Source of the DNA: Alphaproteobacteria bacterium
Lineage (GTDB): Bacteria; Pseudomonadota; Alphaproteobacteria; UBA828
Length of the DNA: 64,000 bases
Direction of reading: 5' to 3'
NCBI GenBank assembly: GCA_965214705.1
Contig: OZ243972.1
Span: 352,001 to 416,000, forward strand
Positions within the stretch are counted from its first letter, which is position 1. Each line of letters starts with the position of its first letter. The position numbers and the translations under genes were made by a program. The notes beneath the pieces are model-generated. The model saw only the letters and a program-made list of their open reading frames with translations, did not search any database and was not told the origin of the DNA. Shown piece after piece: positions 30,341-40,260 of this stretch.

Positions 30341-31548
30341 CGGGTGGTGTGAAGCGCGTCGATGGTGATCACGCGGCCTTCGACGGGAACCTCGTCCAGC
30401 AGTGCGCGCACGGCGGCGATCTCGCCGCCGTCGTCGTTGAAGGCGAGGCTCGCGAGCGGCGCGCCGGTTGCGTGGTCGACCAGGGTCGCGGTCTCGTGGT
30501 GGCCCTCGCCGTTGCGGTTGGCGCCGCGAATGCGCTTTCCGTCGAGCGCGATTGCACGGCCAAGGTTCAGTCTCGGCATCGAGAAGCGTTGCAGCGCCGC
30601 CTCGATCTGCTCGGGGTCGAGGGAGGCGATGACCCGGTGCAGGGTCGACTTCGAGACCGGCACGTAGAGGCCGGTCTTCGGGTTCTTCCAGGCGCCGAGC
30701 GCTTCCAGTTCCCGCTGCGCCAGCTTGCTCGCATACTCGGCGGCGGCGACGGGACCGCGCATGTTGGCGAGCCTTGCGAGGATATAGACCGCGAGCGTGG
30801 TTGCGACGCTGTGCTTGCGCCCCTGGCCGCGCCGGAAGTCCTCGATCCCGTCGAGTTCCTGGTAGAGCGAGCGCAGTTCGCTCGGCGCCCTGCCGGCGTG
30901 GCCCTTGGGCTCCCAGCTTGCGGGCAGCGGGCGGGGCGCGCTGAGCCGCCGGCGGGCATCGCGGCGCAGGGGATAGACATAGAGCCGCTTGGGCTCGCCG
31001 TGGGGGTCGGTGTAGCGGCCGTTGTGGCGGGCAAAGCCCCTGGTGTCGCCGAGATAATGCCAGTTGGCGGCCTCGTAGATCGTGCCCTCGAAGAGCGCCG
31101 GGTTCACGAAGGTCTCCGCGATCAGAATCGGATGCCCATAACAGGACTGCCAGTCGTCGCCGAGGCGGCGCAGCATCGCGGCGATCGCGAACGAGGCAAG
31201 ACACGGAAAGACGCGCTTCGCGCCGAGGATGACGAAGCGGGTGTTGTTCGCGATCAGATGCAGGCGCTGGAACTGCTGCGCCGCCGACCACCCGATCCAG
31301 CGGTCCCGGTGCCTGCTCTTGAAGGCGCCGGCCTGCCACCCGGCAAGCGCGATCCACAACCCGCACCATTCGACGATGTAGCGCAGGCCGCGTCCGGCGA
31401 AGCGCTTGAAGCCGAGGTAATGGTAACGCTCGACCGTCGCATCCCACTGCGCCCGTTCATGCGGCTCTGCGAGGCGGACCACGACATCGGCAAGCGAGAA
31501 GTCGGACGCGCGCTCGAAGAAGGGTCTGTCGTCCGCTCGGTGGCCCAT
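30341..31548 (-). pseudogene. DUF4338 (DruA-like)-ISAs1 transposase fusion, N-terminal part
   Basis: HYLG..GRGLRY, RDRWIGWS, IANNTRF, ETFV..GTIY.AANW (DUF4338); then IALDGK, GEI, ITIDALHT (ISAs1). Confidence 0.85.
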
Positions 31549-32056
31549 GCCGCCATCACTAATCGAACCGGCGGCGAAAAGCCAGAGAAAAGTGCAACTA
31601 CCTCGACTGGAAGCTCAAATCGTCAACAAAGCCTAGCGTGGGATGGCCCTGGCCAATTCCGACCGAGACACGCCTCAACTCACTGGCCCAAAATGACAAA
31701 TCAGACGACCTGGGCAGTTACTTCGGTTTGAGAATGAGGAGAGAGGTCAAACCAGATAATTGGAATGATAATAAAAGGTTAGTGAAGTGGGACGAAGATC
31801 TGCAAAGCGAGAATCAACACCATGGAAGCACAAGGCGCAAAAACCGTGGCAGGACGCCGACGTGGGTCGTCCATGCGCTACCGGCGAAAGCCTTCGGAGG
31901 TGGGATGGCGGGTCAGGGGAAAGCGCTACACCGTGCCACGCACCTACGGTGCTAACTATCTGACAAAGGGTCGTTTTCTCTCCCTCATCTTGTTGCATCC
32001 GGACCCATGGGGCAACCCCCTGTTCCCCGGCTGCAACCGCAACCGGGAGACCGCGA

Positions 32057-33178
32057 ATGACCAGACCCGCCCTCACCGACGCCCGCGTGAGCGCGCTCAA
32101 GCCCCGCAACGCCGCACGCGACCTCCGCGACGGCAAGCTGAAGGGCTTCGGCGTCCGTGTCCTGCCCTCGGGACGCAAGCGCTTCTTCGTCCACTGCCAG
32201 CACTGCGGCGAGCGGGTCTGGAAGATCATAGGCGACGCCGGCACCATGAGCGTGGAGAATGCGCGTTCGCGCGCACGCGAGACGCTCGCCGCCATCCGGC
32301 GGGGCGGGGACGCCCCCCGCGATCCCGCCGAGACCCTCTTCGAGGCCGTCGCCGAGACCGTGTTCGAGCGTCACCGGCGCCTCTGGAAGACCGGAACCCT
32401 CGAGGTCAACCGCTGCTACCTCAAGAACCAGATCCTGCCCCATTTCTCGGGACGGCAGATCGCCGACATCGACGGCAAGGACGTCCGGAGCTGGTTCGCC
32501 GCGCTCCGCGCCACCCCGGTCGCCGCCGACCGCTCGATGCCGGTGCTCTCCGTCATCATGCGCGAGGCCGAGGCGATGGGGCTCAGGCCCGAAGGCTCCA
32601 ACCCATGCCGGGGCATCCGCAGATATCGCCGCAAGGGGCGGGAACGCTTCCTGTCCGACGAGGAGATCCGCCGCCTGTCGGCGGTGCTCTCGGCCCGTGA
32701 GGAGCGGTGCCCGGAGAAGGTCGCGGTCGTCCGCCTTCTTCTGCTGACCGGATGCCGCAAGAGCGAGGTCCTGACGCTCCGCTGGTCCGACTACCGCGAG
32801 GGGCTTCTGTTCCTGCGCGATTCCAAGACCGGACCCAGAACCGTCTGGCTGTCCACACCTGCCCGCAAGGTGCTCAATGCGCTCCAGCGAAAGGGCCGCT
32901 GGGTCTTCCCGGCGCAGCAGGCCGGAGGGCCGCGCAGCAAGAGTTGGCTGAACCGGTTCTGGTACGGGGTTCGCGCCGAGGCCGGTCTTCGCGACGTCCG
33001 GCTCCACGATCTCCGCCACACCAACGCGACCCTCGCCCTGAAGGAAAACGTCCCCGTCCTCGCCATCGGCCGGCTGCTCGGTCACCGCAACGCGGAAACA
33101 ACGCTCAAATATACCCATCTCGCCGACGCCATGGTTGACGATGCCGCCGAGACCGTCGGGGCCGTGCTGGAGCGCTAA
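32057..33178 (+). CDS. Tyrosine recombinase A (third copy, intact)
   Basis: Homologous to 29094-30218; catalytic motifs intact. Confidence 0.92.
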   Translation: MTRPALTDARVSALKPRNAARDLRDGKLKGFGVRVLPSGRKRFFVHCQHCGERVWKIIGDAGTMSVENARSRARETLAAIRRGGDAPRDPAETLFEAVAETVFERHRRLWKTGTLEVNRCYLKNQILPHFSGRQIADIDGKDVRSWFAALRATPVAADRSMPVLSVIMREAEAMGLRPEGSNPCRGIRRYRRKGRERFLSDEEIRRLSAVLSAREERCPEKVAVVRLLLLTGCRKSEVLTLRWSDYREGLLFLRDSKTGPRTVWLSTPARKVLNALQRKGRWVFPAQQAGGPRSKSWLNRFWYGVRAEAGLRDVRLHDLRHTNATLALKENVPVLAIGRLLGHRNAETTLKYTHLADAMVDDAAETVGAVLER

Positions 33179-33181
33179 GCC

Positions 33182-34330
33182 ATGGCCGGCAAGCGCGTCA
33201 GGCTCAGCGACGCCGCCATCGCCCGCCTCCGGCCGCGCGAGCGGGAATATACCCTCTGGGACGACCGCGTCCCCGGCCTCGGCGTCCGGGTCCGGCCCAC
33301 CGGCGGGAAGACCTTCGTCCTCCTCGTCGATGACGGAGGCCGCTCCAGGCGGGTCTCCCTCGGGCCGGTCTCGACCATCGACGTCGCCGAGGCGCGCAGG
33401 CAGTGCCACGCGCGCAAGGCCGGTGGGGAGCCGGACGCGATTGCCCGCCCGGCGCGCACCGCCCCCCTGTTCCGCGACTTCGTCGAAGGCGAGTGGAAGG
33501 AGGCGCATTTCGGGGGGTACAAGCCATCGTCCCGCAGGACCGTGTCCAGTCTCCTCCGGGCTCGGCTCCTGCCCGCCTTCGGCGAGACGCCGCTCAACCG
33601 CATCGCCCCGGCCCGGGTCCGGCGATGGTTCGACGACTTCAGCCGCACCGCCCCCGGCAACGCCAACCATGCGCTCGGCCTGTTGCGCCGGATCATGAAC
33701 TACGCGATCGCCCGCGGCCATGTCGACGCCAACCCGGCACGCGGCATCAGGGACAACCCCAGGCCCAGGCTCACCCGCTTCCTGTCGCGCGAGGAGATCG
33801 CGCGGCTTCACGCCGTCCTCGACGAAGAGGCCGGGCGGGGCGAACGGTTCAGGCCGCAGGCCGACATCATCCGTCTTCTCCTGCTCACCGGGTGCCGCAG
33901 GGGAGAAATCGTCGGGCTCCGCTGGTCGGAGGTCCAGGGCGGCGCGCTGATGCTGGCCGACAGCAAGACGGGGCCGAAAAGGGTCCCGCTCAATACCCCG
34001 GCACGGCGCGTCCTCGAACGACAGCCGCGCGAGGGAAGCCCGTTCGTGTTCCCCTCGCCGCGCGACCCTTCGCGGCCGCGCGGCCATGGCATCGCGCTCT
34101 GGTACAGGGTCCGCCGGGAAGCCGGCATCGAAGATGTCCGCCTTCACGATCTTCGCCATACCGTCGCAAGCCATGCGGCGATCGCCGGCGTGCCCATCCC
34201 GGTCGTCGCCAGGCTGCTCGGGCACCGCCGCGTCGGCGCCACGCTGCGCTACGCCCATCTCGGAGACCGGGAGATCGAGCAGGCGGCCGAGAAGGTCGGG
34301 CAGTCCATCGGCGAGATGCTGAACATATAG
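33182..34330 (+). CDS. Tyrosine recombinase B (third copy, intact)
   Basis: Homologous to 23671-24831; catalytic motifs intact. Confidence 0.92.
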   Translation: MAGKRVRLSDAAIARLRPREREYTLWDDRVPGLGVRVRPTGGKTFVLLVDDGGRSRRVSLGPVSTIDVAEARRQCHARKAGGEPDAIARPARTAPLFRDFVEGEWKEAHFGGYKPSSRRTVSSLLRARLLPAFGETPLNRIAPARVRRWFDDFSRTAPGNANHALGLLRRIMNYAIARGHVDANPARGIRDNPRPRLTRFLSREEIARLHAVLDEEAGRGERFRPQADIIRLLLLTGCRRGEIVGLRWSEVQGGALMLADSKTGPKRVPLNTPARRVLERQPREGSPFVFPSPRDPSRPRGHGIALWYRVRREAGIEDVRLHDLRHTVASHAAIAGVPIPVVARLLGHRRVGATLRYAHLGDREIEQAAEKVGQSIGEMLNI

Positions 34331-34759
34331 CCGTCGGTGGCAAGCCCCGGGACGGCGGGCCGGAGAAGACGTAGGAGCCGAAGCGGACCGAACGCGATCC
34401 CGGGCTGTGGCGGAGGGCCGGGTTGGCGCGAGGCCCGACCGGCAACAGGCAGAGACGGGGACGGGCGCCACCACCGCATCCACAGGATGGGGGAGACGCC
34501 GTGCTCGGCGGGTTCTTCGCCCGCCTCCCGGCGCTCACCTTCGAGGTCGAGCTCGAACGTCGGCCCGATCCCGAGGCGCCCGCCCAGGCTGTAGCGCCCG
34601 TCGCCACGGCCACCGGGGTCGTCAGCGCAGGGTGGTTGACGTTGTGCACCGTCACCGCCCGCGCCTTGGTCGGCGGCGGCCTCGGTGACGGAGTAGAACG
34701 TCACCTTGAACCACTAGTGTCCCAACGTTAGCGGAATAAATTCAAAAGGCTTATCCCTC

Positions 34760-36263
34760 GAGCCACTTGCAAAACTCCCAGGCGCGGTCTTCTTTTCCCG
34801 AAAGCCCGTCGTGAGGACATTGACGGTCGGAACGTAACATGAACTTCGGGACGAGCGGACGTCGCTGGCTGCCGCCGGGGCGCCGATTCGCGGCAAACCG
34901 ATGCCCATGCGGGCGCATTCTGGACCCGCCGTCGCGATGCGGACATGGCTTTTTGCGCCTCCGCCGAGGGGAGGCGTGCCGGCGTGACAGGGACGGAGGC
35001 GCCCGCTCAGGCCAGGAGGCGCATCAACTGGTCGACCGTCAGCACCAGGATGCCGAACATCAGGTGGCAATGAACCTTGGCATGGCCGCGCACGCGGACA
35101 TGGCGGCCCCCGCAGTTGTCCTTCAGCCCACCGTTGATGCGCTCGATGTTCGAGCGCTCGTTGTAGCGCTCGTCCGCCGGGTGGCGGTGACCGACGCCTC
35201 TCTGCGCCCGGGCCTCGCGCGCCAGTTCCTCCTTGTACTCCTTGTCGCGAGGGTTGATGTCGATGATCGGGACGTGGCCCAGCAGGTAGCTGTGCCAGCC
35301 GATCTCGGGCGCGTCATAGGCTGAGTCCATGAGGTCGTACAGATTGGTGACGCGGTCGGCGGTCATACTCGCCAGCGGGATCGCGGCCTGGCTGTCGTGC
35401 AGCGAGGCGGACGTCAGGATGCAACTGATCGGAATGCCGCCATCGGCGGCGTCGATGTGCAGCTTGTAACCGATCCACGATGTGGTATGGCCCTTGGCGT
35501 TCCGCTTGGTGCCGACGTCGCAGGCTTTCGGCAGGTCGTCGAGCATCTGGGGCAAGCTCATCGTGAGTTGGCGTTTCACGCGGCGCTCCTCCCTGGGCCG
35601 CTCCTCGCCCTTGCGCGGGCGGCCGCGCTTGCGCTTCGGCTTCTCCGCCCTGGGCTTGGGCTGAGGCTTCTCGCGCGCCTCGATCGCCGTCGAGTCGCGC
35701 GAGACGTGCCCGACCAGATGGTCTCCGAGGGTCTGCTTGATCAGCGCCTCATGCACGCGAGCGGGCAACGCACTCTCGGAGAACTCCGCAAACGCCCGCG
35801 AAAACGTCGCCTCGCTCGGGATCTCTGCGGCATAGGTCCAGCCGCAGAGACGGCGTAGCGTCTTGTCGTTCTCAAGGCGCTCGATCAGGGCGCGCGTCGT
35901 GGGTACGTCGAACACCGCCTTGGCGATGAAGGCGCGGGCCAAGGCCGCCCGATCCTCGACCGGCCGACCGGGCAGGCCATGGAAATGGGGAAGGAAGCTC
36001 TCGACCCGCGCAAGCTCAAGCACGGTGACGAAGCGCCGGTACCTCTCGCCGAGCGGCCCGAGCTCCTCCTCAAGCCACGGGAAAAGATCCGCTTGAATGT
36101 GATGCCAGAATCCGGATAGTGTCTGTCCCAGCGACATGGGGCCGCCCTCTCCGTCGACGTTGTCCGAAACCCGACAGGAACAGAGAGCGGTCCCGATTTC
36201 CAGGACAATCTGACCGCCACGGCGGCAAAATCCCGCTCAAATGCGGAATTTTGCAAGTGGCTC
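34760..36263 (-). mobile_element. IS5/IS1182-like insertion sequence
   Basis: Inverted repeats GAGCCACTTGCAAAA / TTTTGCAAGTGGCTC; TSD CCTC. Confidence 0.8.
35007..36137 (-). CDS. IS5/IS1182-like DDE transposase
   Basis: PSEATFSR, SRDSTAI, GYKLH, LMDSAYD, RSNIER.NG.LK. Confidence 0.85.
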   Translation of the reverse strand: MSLGQTLSGFWHHIQADLFPWLEEELGPLGERYRRFVTVLELARVESFLPHFHGLPGRPVEDRAALARAFIAKAVFDVPTTRALIERLENDKTLRRLCGWTYAAEIPSEATFSRAFAEFSESALPARVHEALIKQTLGDHLVGHVSRDSTAIEAREKPQPKPRAEKPKRKRGRPRKGEERPREERRVKRQLTMSLPQMLDDLPKACDVGTKRNAKGHTTSWIGYKLHIDAADGGIPISCILTSASLHDSQAAIPLASMTADRVTNLYDLMDSAYDAPEIGWHSYLLGHVPIIDINPRDKEYKEELAREARAQRGVGHRHPADERYNERSNIERINGGLKDNCGGRHVRVRGHAKVHCHLMFGILVLTVDQLMRLLA

Positions 36264-36420
36264 CCTCTGGCTCCGGTTCCCCAACATGTTGTACCGGCCG
36301 CCTCGGCGGCGGTATCCGACACGGTCGCAGTTCCTTCCGTGTCTCAACGGATTGCCCGTTAAGTGCCCAGCGATCCGGCACCCCACATATGGAGAAGCCG
36401 GATGTAAGGGGATAAGCCTT

Positions 36421-37254
36421 AAATTCAATTGGTTAGGGTGGTCTAGTTGGCCGATTTGCAGGTCCTCTGGGTCAAACAGTTGATAGAGAGGCGTTTTCTC
36501 GAACACCGTAAGGCTCAGGATCTGTAGAATTGTGTAGAGGCTCTGCTCCAGCTTCAGCCGCTTGCGGATGATGGCGACCAGGACATGGACCGACACCGCG
36601 ATCCAGATCTGGGTCTTCACAGCGTTCTCCGAGGTGCCGAAGAAGGACTTGATCCGGAGGTGCTGCTTGATCCATTTGAAGAACAACTCGATGTGCCAGC
36701 GGGCACGGTAGAGTTCGGCGATCGTCAGAGCCGGCAGAACGAAGTTGTTGGTGAGGAAGACGAGGGTTTTGTCGCGCTCGGCATCTCGGTACCGGATCCG
36801 CCGTAGCTTGTCGGGATAATCGGTCGCGCTGTTGACGCCGCTTGGCCGTACGACCTGATCGCAGATGAGACCGCGGGTGCGATCGACAGGGCGGGAGTAG
36901 AGGCGGCGGAGCTTGGTGTTGGATTTCGCGCGCAGGACAAGGAAGCTGCCACTGTGATGCAGGTGATGGAGACGGCTGAAGTCGAGGTAGGCCCGGTCCA
37001 TGATGTAGAAGGCTCCGGCCTCCGGCAGCAGCATGTCCATCACATTGACGTCGTGGAGTTTTCCGTCGGAGATGTGGATGAAGGCGGGGATGTGGCCGTG
37101 CAGGTCGAGCAGGGTGTGGAGCTTGACGGCGCCCTTTGTCTTGCGGAACGGAGCCCACGGGAACAGCGACAGGCAGAGGTCGATTGTCGAGGAGTCGAGG
37201 GCATAGACGGTGTTATCAAGATCAAGGCCGAGCGTATTGTCGTCGGCGTAGAGG
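36421..37254 (-). pseudogene. IS4 transposase, C-terminal part
   Basis: ALDSSTIDLCL, VKLHTLLDL, MDRAYLDF, YRARWHIELFFKWIKQHL. Confidence 0.88.
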
Positions 37255-37487
37255 TTTTGAACGAAGCCGCTACGCGGAGTTAGCGGCGTAGAGTTCATTC
37301 ATTTCCGAGGCGTCGCGGGTGCCGTTTGCCCTGTGCGTTCGCTTCCCGGTTGCGTCAGTGGCGCTCCGCCCGTCGAGTGGCGGATCCCCAGCAGCCTCCC
37401 GATCACCAGTGGTTAGCATCGACCCCTGCGACGGACCGTCGCCGGATCGGTCCGGCGGCGCGCCGTCGCGATCCAGGGAGATCGATC

Positions 37488-38366
37488 ATGACCGGGACCG
37501 CGTGCGACACGAACACCGTCACCCCTCTTCGCCAGCGCATGGAGGAGCAGCTCCGCATCGCCAATCTGGCCGCGAGCACGTCCAAGGCCTACATCTGCGA
37601 GATCAAGAACCTGGCCAGGTACTACGACGCCTCGCCGGACGAGCTCGACGCCGAGCAGGTGCGCCAGTGGTACCTGGGGCGGATCGACAAGGGGCTCAGT
37701 CCGGGCACGACCAACGTCTCCTTCGCCGCGCTGAACTTCCTCTACATCGACACACTCGGCTGGCCTGACCACGTCGCCGGCCTGCGCTCCCGCAAGAAGC
37801 CCGGCAAGCTGCCGCGCTACATGTCGGAGCAGGAGGTCGAGCACCTCATCCTTGCGACGCCCGACCTCCGCCACCGTGCTGCCATTGTCACCGGCTATGG
37901 CGGCGGGCTCCGCATCTCCGAGACCTTGGCCATCAAGGTCGGCGACATCCTGTCGGAGAAGAAGCTGCTACACATCCCCTCCGGCAAAGGCGGCACCGAG
38001 AGAATGGCACCGTTGCCGGACAGCGTCATCCACTACTTGCGCGCCTACTACAGGAACATCTGGCCGCGTCCGACGAGCTGGCTCTTCTACGGCGTCTCGC
38101 TCGACAGGCCCATCGCAACGGAGACCTTGCAGGCCGCCTTCAGGAGGGCGCGCGACATTGCCGCGCTCGACCGCAGCTACACCTTCCATTGCCTGCGCCA
38201 TTCGGCGGCGACCCATCTCCTCGAGCGCGGCGGCGATATCGAGGTGATCCGGGACATGCTCGGCCATCGAAGCGCGAACACGACCCGTCACTACGCCCGC
38301 GTCACCGGCAAGATGTTCGAGGGCCTCGACCACCCGATCTCAGGCTTCGCAGCGTTGCGCAACTGA
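37488..38366 (+). CDS. Tyrosine recombinase (SAM_4-type N-terminus)
   Basis: TPLRQRM, YGGGLRISE, HCLRHS.ATHLLE.G, LGH..TTRHY. Confidence 0.9.
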   Translation: MTGTACDTNTVTPLRQRMEEQLRIANLAASTSKAYICEIKNLARYYDASPDELDAEQVRQWYLGRIDKGLSPGTTNVSFAALNFLYIDTLGWPDHVAGLRSRKKPGKLPRYMSEQEVEHLILATPDLRHRAAIVTGYGGGLRISETLAIKVGDILSEKKLLHIPSGKGGTERMAPLPDSVIHYLRAYYRNIWPRPTSWLFYGVSLDRPIATETLQAAFRRARDIAALDRSYTFHCLRHSAATHLLERGGDIEVIRDMLGHRSANTTRHYARVTGKMFEGLDHPISGFAALRN

Positions 38367-38372
38367 CGGCGC

Positions 38373-39614
38373 GTGGAGGCCGAACGCGCGGGCGTGGCGG
38401 AGATCTTCCGCCGCGCCGGCGCCGCTTTCCGTGAGCGCCACAAAGGGCGCATCGACGCCGCCCGGCTCAAGGTCATGGGCGCCATCGAGGCGTGCCGCAC
38501 CGCCGTGCTCGGCGGCCACATGTACGCCTGCGAGGGCTGCGGGCGCGAGCATCCGCTCTTCAACTCCTGCCGCAACCGCCACTGCCCGACCTGCCAGGGT
38601 CTCGCCGCCAACCTCTGGAGCGAGGCCCGCGCCGGGGACATCCTGCCGGTGCCCTACTTCCATGTGGTCTTCACCCTGCCCAAGGAGGTCGCCGCCATTG
38701 CCTTCTGCAACCGAAGGGTGGTGTTCGACATCCTCTTCCGGGCCGTCGCCGAGACCCTGCGCACCATCGCCGCCGATCCCCACCACGGTGGCATGCGCAT
38801 CGGCGGCACCGCGGTCCTCCATACCTGGGATCAGAAGCTCCGCTTCCACCCGCACCTGCACGTGGTCGTGCCCAACGCGGGCTTCGACGTAGACAGCGGC
38901 GAGTGGAAGACGGGGAGCACCACCTTCCTCGCCCCCGTCAAGGTCCTCGGCAGCCTGTTCCGCCGCCTCTTCCTCAAGGAGCTCGCCCGCGCCCACGGCC
39001 GGGGGGACCTGGAGTTCCACGGCACCGTCGCCCACCTCGCCAATCCCGGCGAGTTCCACGCCACGCTTGCCGCCGCCCGGGCCAGGGACTGGGTGGTCTA
39101 CGCCAAGCGGCCCTTCCGCGGGCCTGAGCAGGTCTTCCGGTACCTCTCGCACTACACGCACAGAATCGCCATCTCCGACAGCCGCATCGTCTCCTTCGAC
39201 GGCGAGACGGTCTCCTTCCGCCACCGAAAGCCCAAGGCGCCGGGGCAGAGAAAGCCGCGCTACGGCATCGCCACCGTGAGCGCAGACGAGTTCATCCGCC
39301 GCTTCCTGATGCACGTCCTGCCGGACGGCATGCACCGCATCCGCTACTTCGGCATTCTCGCCAACGGCTGTCGCGCCAGCACGCTGGAGAGAGCACGCCA
39401 GACTCTCGGCGCCCTCGGCTGCGCCGTCCCCGAGGAAAGCGTGGGCGGCGCTCGGGCCGAGCCCGACGAAGAGACCGTGATCGACACCGCGCCCGTGGCC
39501 TGCCCCCACTGCGGCGGCGTCATGCGCCTCGTCCGCGAAATCCGCCGCCGCCATGAGCCCCGCTCGACGCGCGGTCCGCCGGCCGTGCCGCCGACCCACA
39601 GGGGGAAACCGTGA
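38373..39614 (+). CDS. IS91-family rolling-circle transposase
   Basis: NSCRNRHCPTCQ, YFHVVFTLP, LHTW..HPHLH (HUH), YLSHY. Confidence 0.92.
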   Translation: MEAERAGVAEIFRRAGAAFRERHKGRIDAARLKVMGAIEACRTAVLGGHMYACEGCGREHPLFNSCRNRHCPTCQGLAANLWSEARAGDILPVPYFHVVFTLPKEVAAIAFCNRRVVFDILFRAVAETLRTIAADPHHGGMRIGGTAVLHTWDQKLRFHPHLHVVVPNAGFDVDSGEWKTGSTTFLAPVKVLGSLFRRLFLKELARAHGRGDLEFHGTVAHLANPGEFHATLAAARARDWVVYAKRPFRGPEQVFRYLSHYTHRIAISDSRIVSFDGETVSFRHRKPKAPGQRKPRYGIATVSADEFIRRFLMHVLPDGMHRIRYFGILANGCRASTLERARQTLGALGCAVPEESVGGARAEPDEETVIDTAPVACPHCGGVMRLVREIRRRHEPRSTRGPPAVPPTHRGKP

Positions 39615-39876
39615 GACGCCCGCTCGCTTCGGCCCCGCGCAACGGCGCCAAAGCGCCGACGCACGACCGAACCTGTCTCCGCTTGGGCCGGGCTGACAGC
39701 CCTCGGCTCACACCCCGCTCAGTCCTCGCAGCGTGCGCCCGCATGCCTGCCGAAAGGCCGGCGCGAGCGTCGATCTCATGCGCAACTCTGCTGCCGGTGG
39801 ATGCCGCCTGACGCTGACATCAGCGCACTTTCCACATAGCTCAACTTCGCCTCTCGTGGCCCGCGCCTCCGTTCAA

Positions 39877-39922
39877 AAGGGTTGGGCAGGCTCTCGAGAG
39901 AGAGCCTGCCCAACCCTTAACC
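39877..39922. repeat. Perfect 19-bp-stem palindrome next to the IS91-like element end
   Basis: AAGGGTTGGGCAGGCTCTC-gaga-GAGAGCCTGCCCAACCCTT. Confidence 0.9.
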
Positions 39923-40260
39923 TTGGGCGATGTGGATGAGATGTTGAGCGAAGTCGGCGTAGATCTGCCATTCGCGAACGGCGTTGGCATTGGCGAGGGT
40001 GTTGCGCGAGACCCTGCCGCGGATCCCCATGTGATAGAGCTTTGTGGGTTGAACGTTGTGGGTTGAACGCGCAGGCAGGTCTCGATGTCGCGCAAGCTGG
40101 CCCGATAAGTGAGCTGAGCGAAGGCCATGCATCGGTACTGATCCGCGCAGGTGAACGACTTGATCTTGCGGTTTCCGTTGTAACGGGCCACGCAGCGACG
40201 GAAACTGTGCCAGGGTAGGTGATCCATGATTTGCGCGAAGACCAGCTTACCAGAATACAT
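39921..40260 (-). pseudogene. IS4 transposase, N-terminal part (DUF4372), frameshifted
   Basis: MYSGKLVFAQIM, MAFAQLTYR.SLRDIE; a 14-bp tandem duplication at 40042-40069 shifts the frame. Confidence 0.85.

Larger units (their letters stand above)
7598..31651 (-). mobile_element. ISAs1-family element (DUF4338-fused transposase) split by a 21.9-kb insertion
   Basis: Inverted repeats CAGGACTATCCCACGC / GCGTGGGATGGCCCTG; 10-bp TSD GCCAATTCCG at 7588-7597 and 31652-31661. Confidence 0.88.
4758..31721 (-). mobile_element. IS66-family (single-ORF) element expanded to 27 kb by nested insertions
   Basis: Ends GTAACTGCCCAGG (4758) and CCTGGGCAGTTAC (31721); 8-bp TSD TTCGGTTT at 4750-4757 and 31722-31729. 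Confidence 0.85.
31939..34330 (+). mobile_element. Third dual tyrosine-recombinase element; proximal end only, distal end not found
   Basis: Junction ACACCGTGCCA|CGCACCTACGGTGCTAAC..CTGACA resembles the proximal ends at 29013 and 30340. Confidence 0.7.
34746..36420. mobile_element. IS1595-type MITE (~170 bp net) containing another IS
   Basis: Ends AAGGCTTATCCC / GGGGATAAGCCTT as in the IS1595 at 6374; 8-bp TSD AAATTCAA at 34738-34745 and 36421-36428. Confidence 0.75.
37257..39876 (+). mobile_element. Tyrosine recombinase + IS91-like (Y2) transposase element
   Basis: Ends TTGAACGAAGCCGC / GCGCCTCCGTTCAA; interrupts the IS4 transposase between HIAQG and LYAD. Confidence 0.75.

Noticed and set aside
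31985-34483. Long antisense ORFs (also 1151-3580, 4771-6390, 11500-13341)
   Set aside because: Opposite-strand shadows of high-GC transposase and integrase genes
34331-34711. Minus-strand gene split by IS4 (continuing at 42882-42960)
   Set aside because: The rejoined sequence has no recognisable motif or consistent frame
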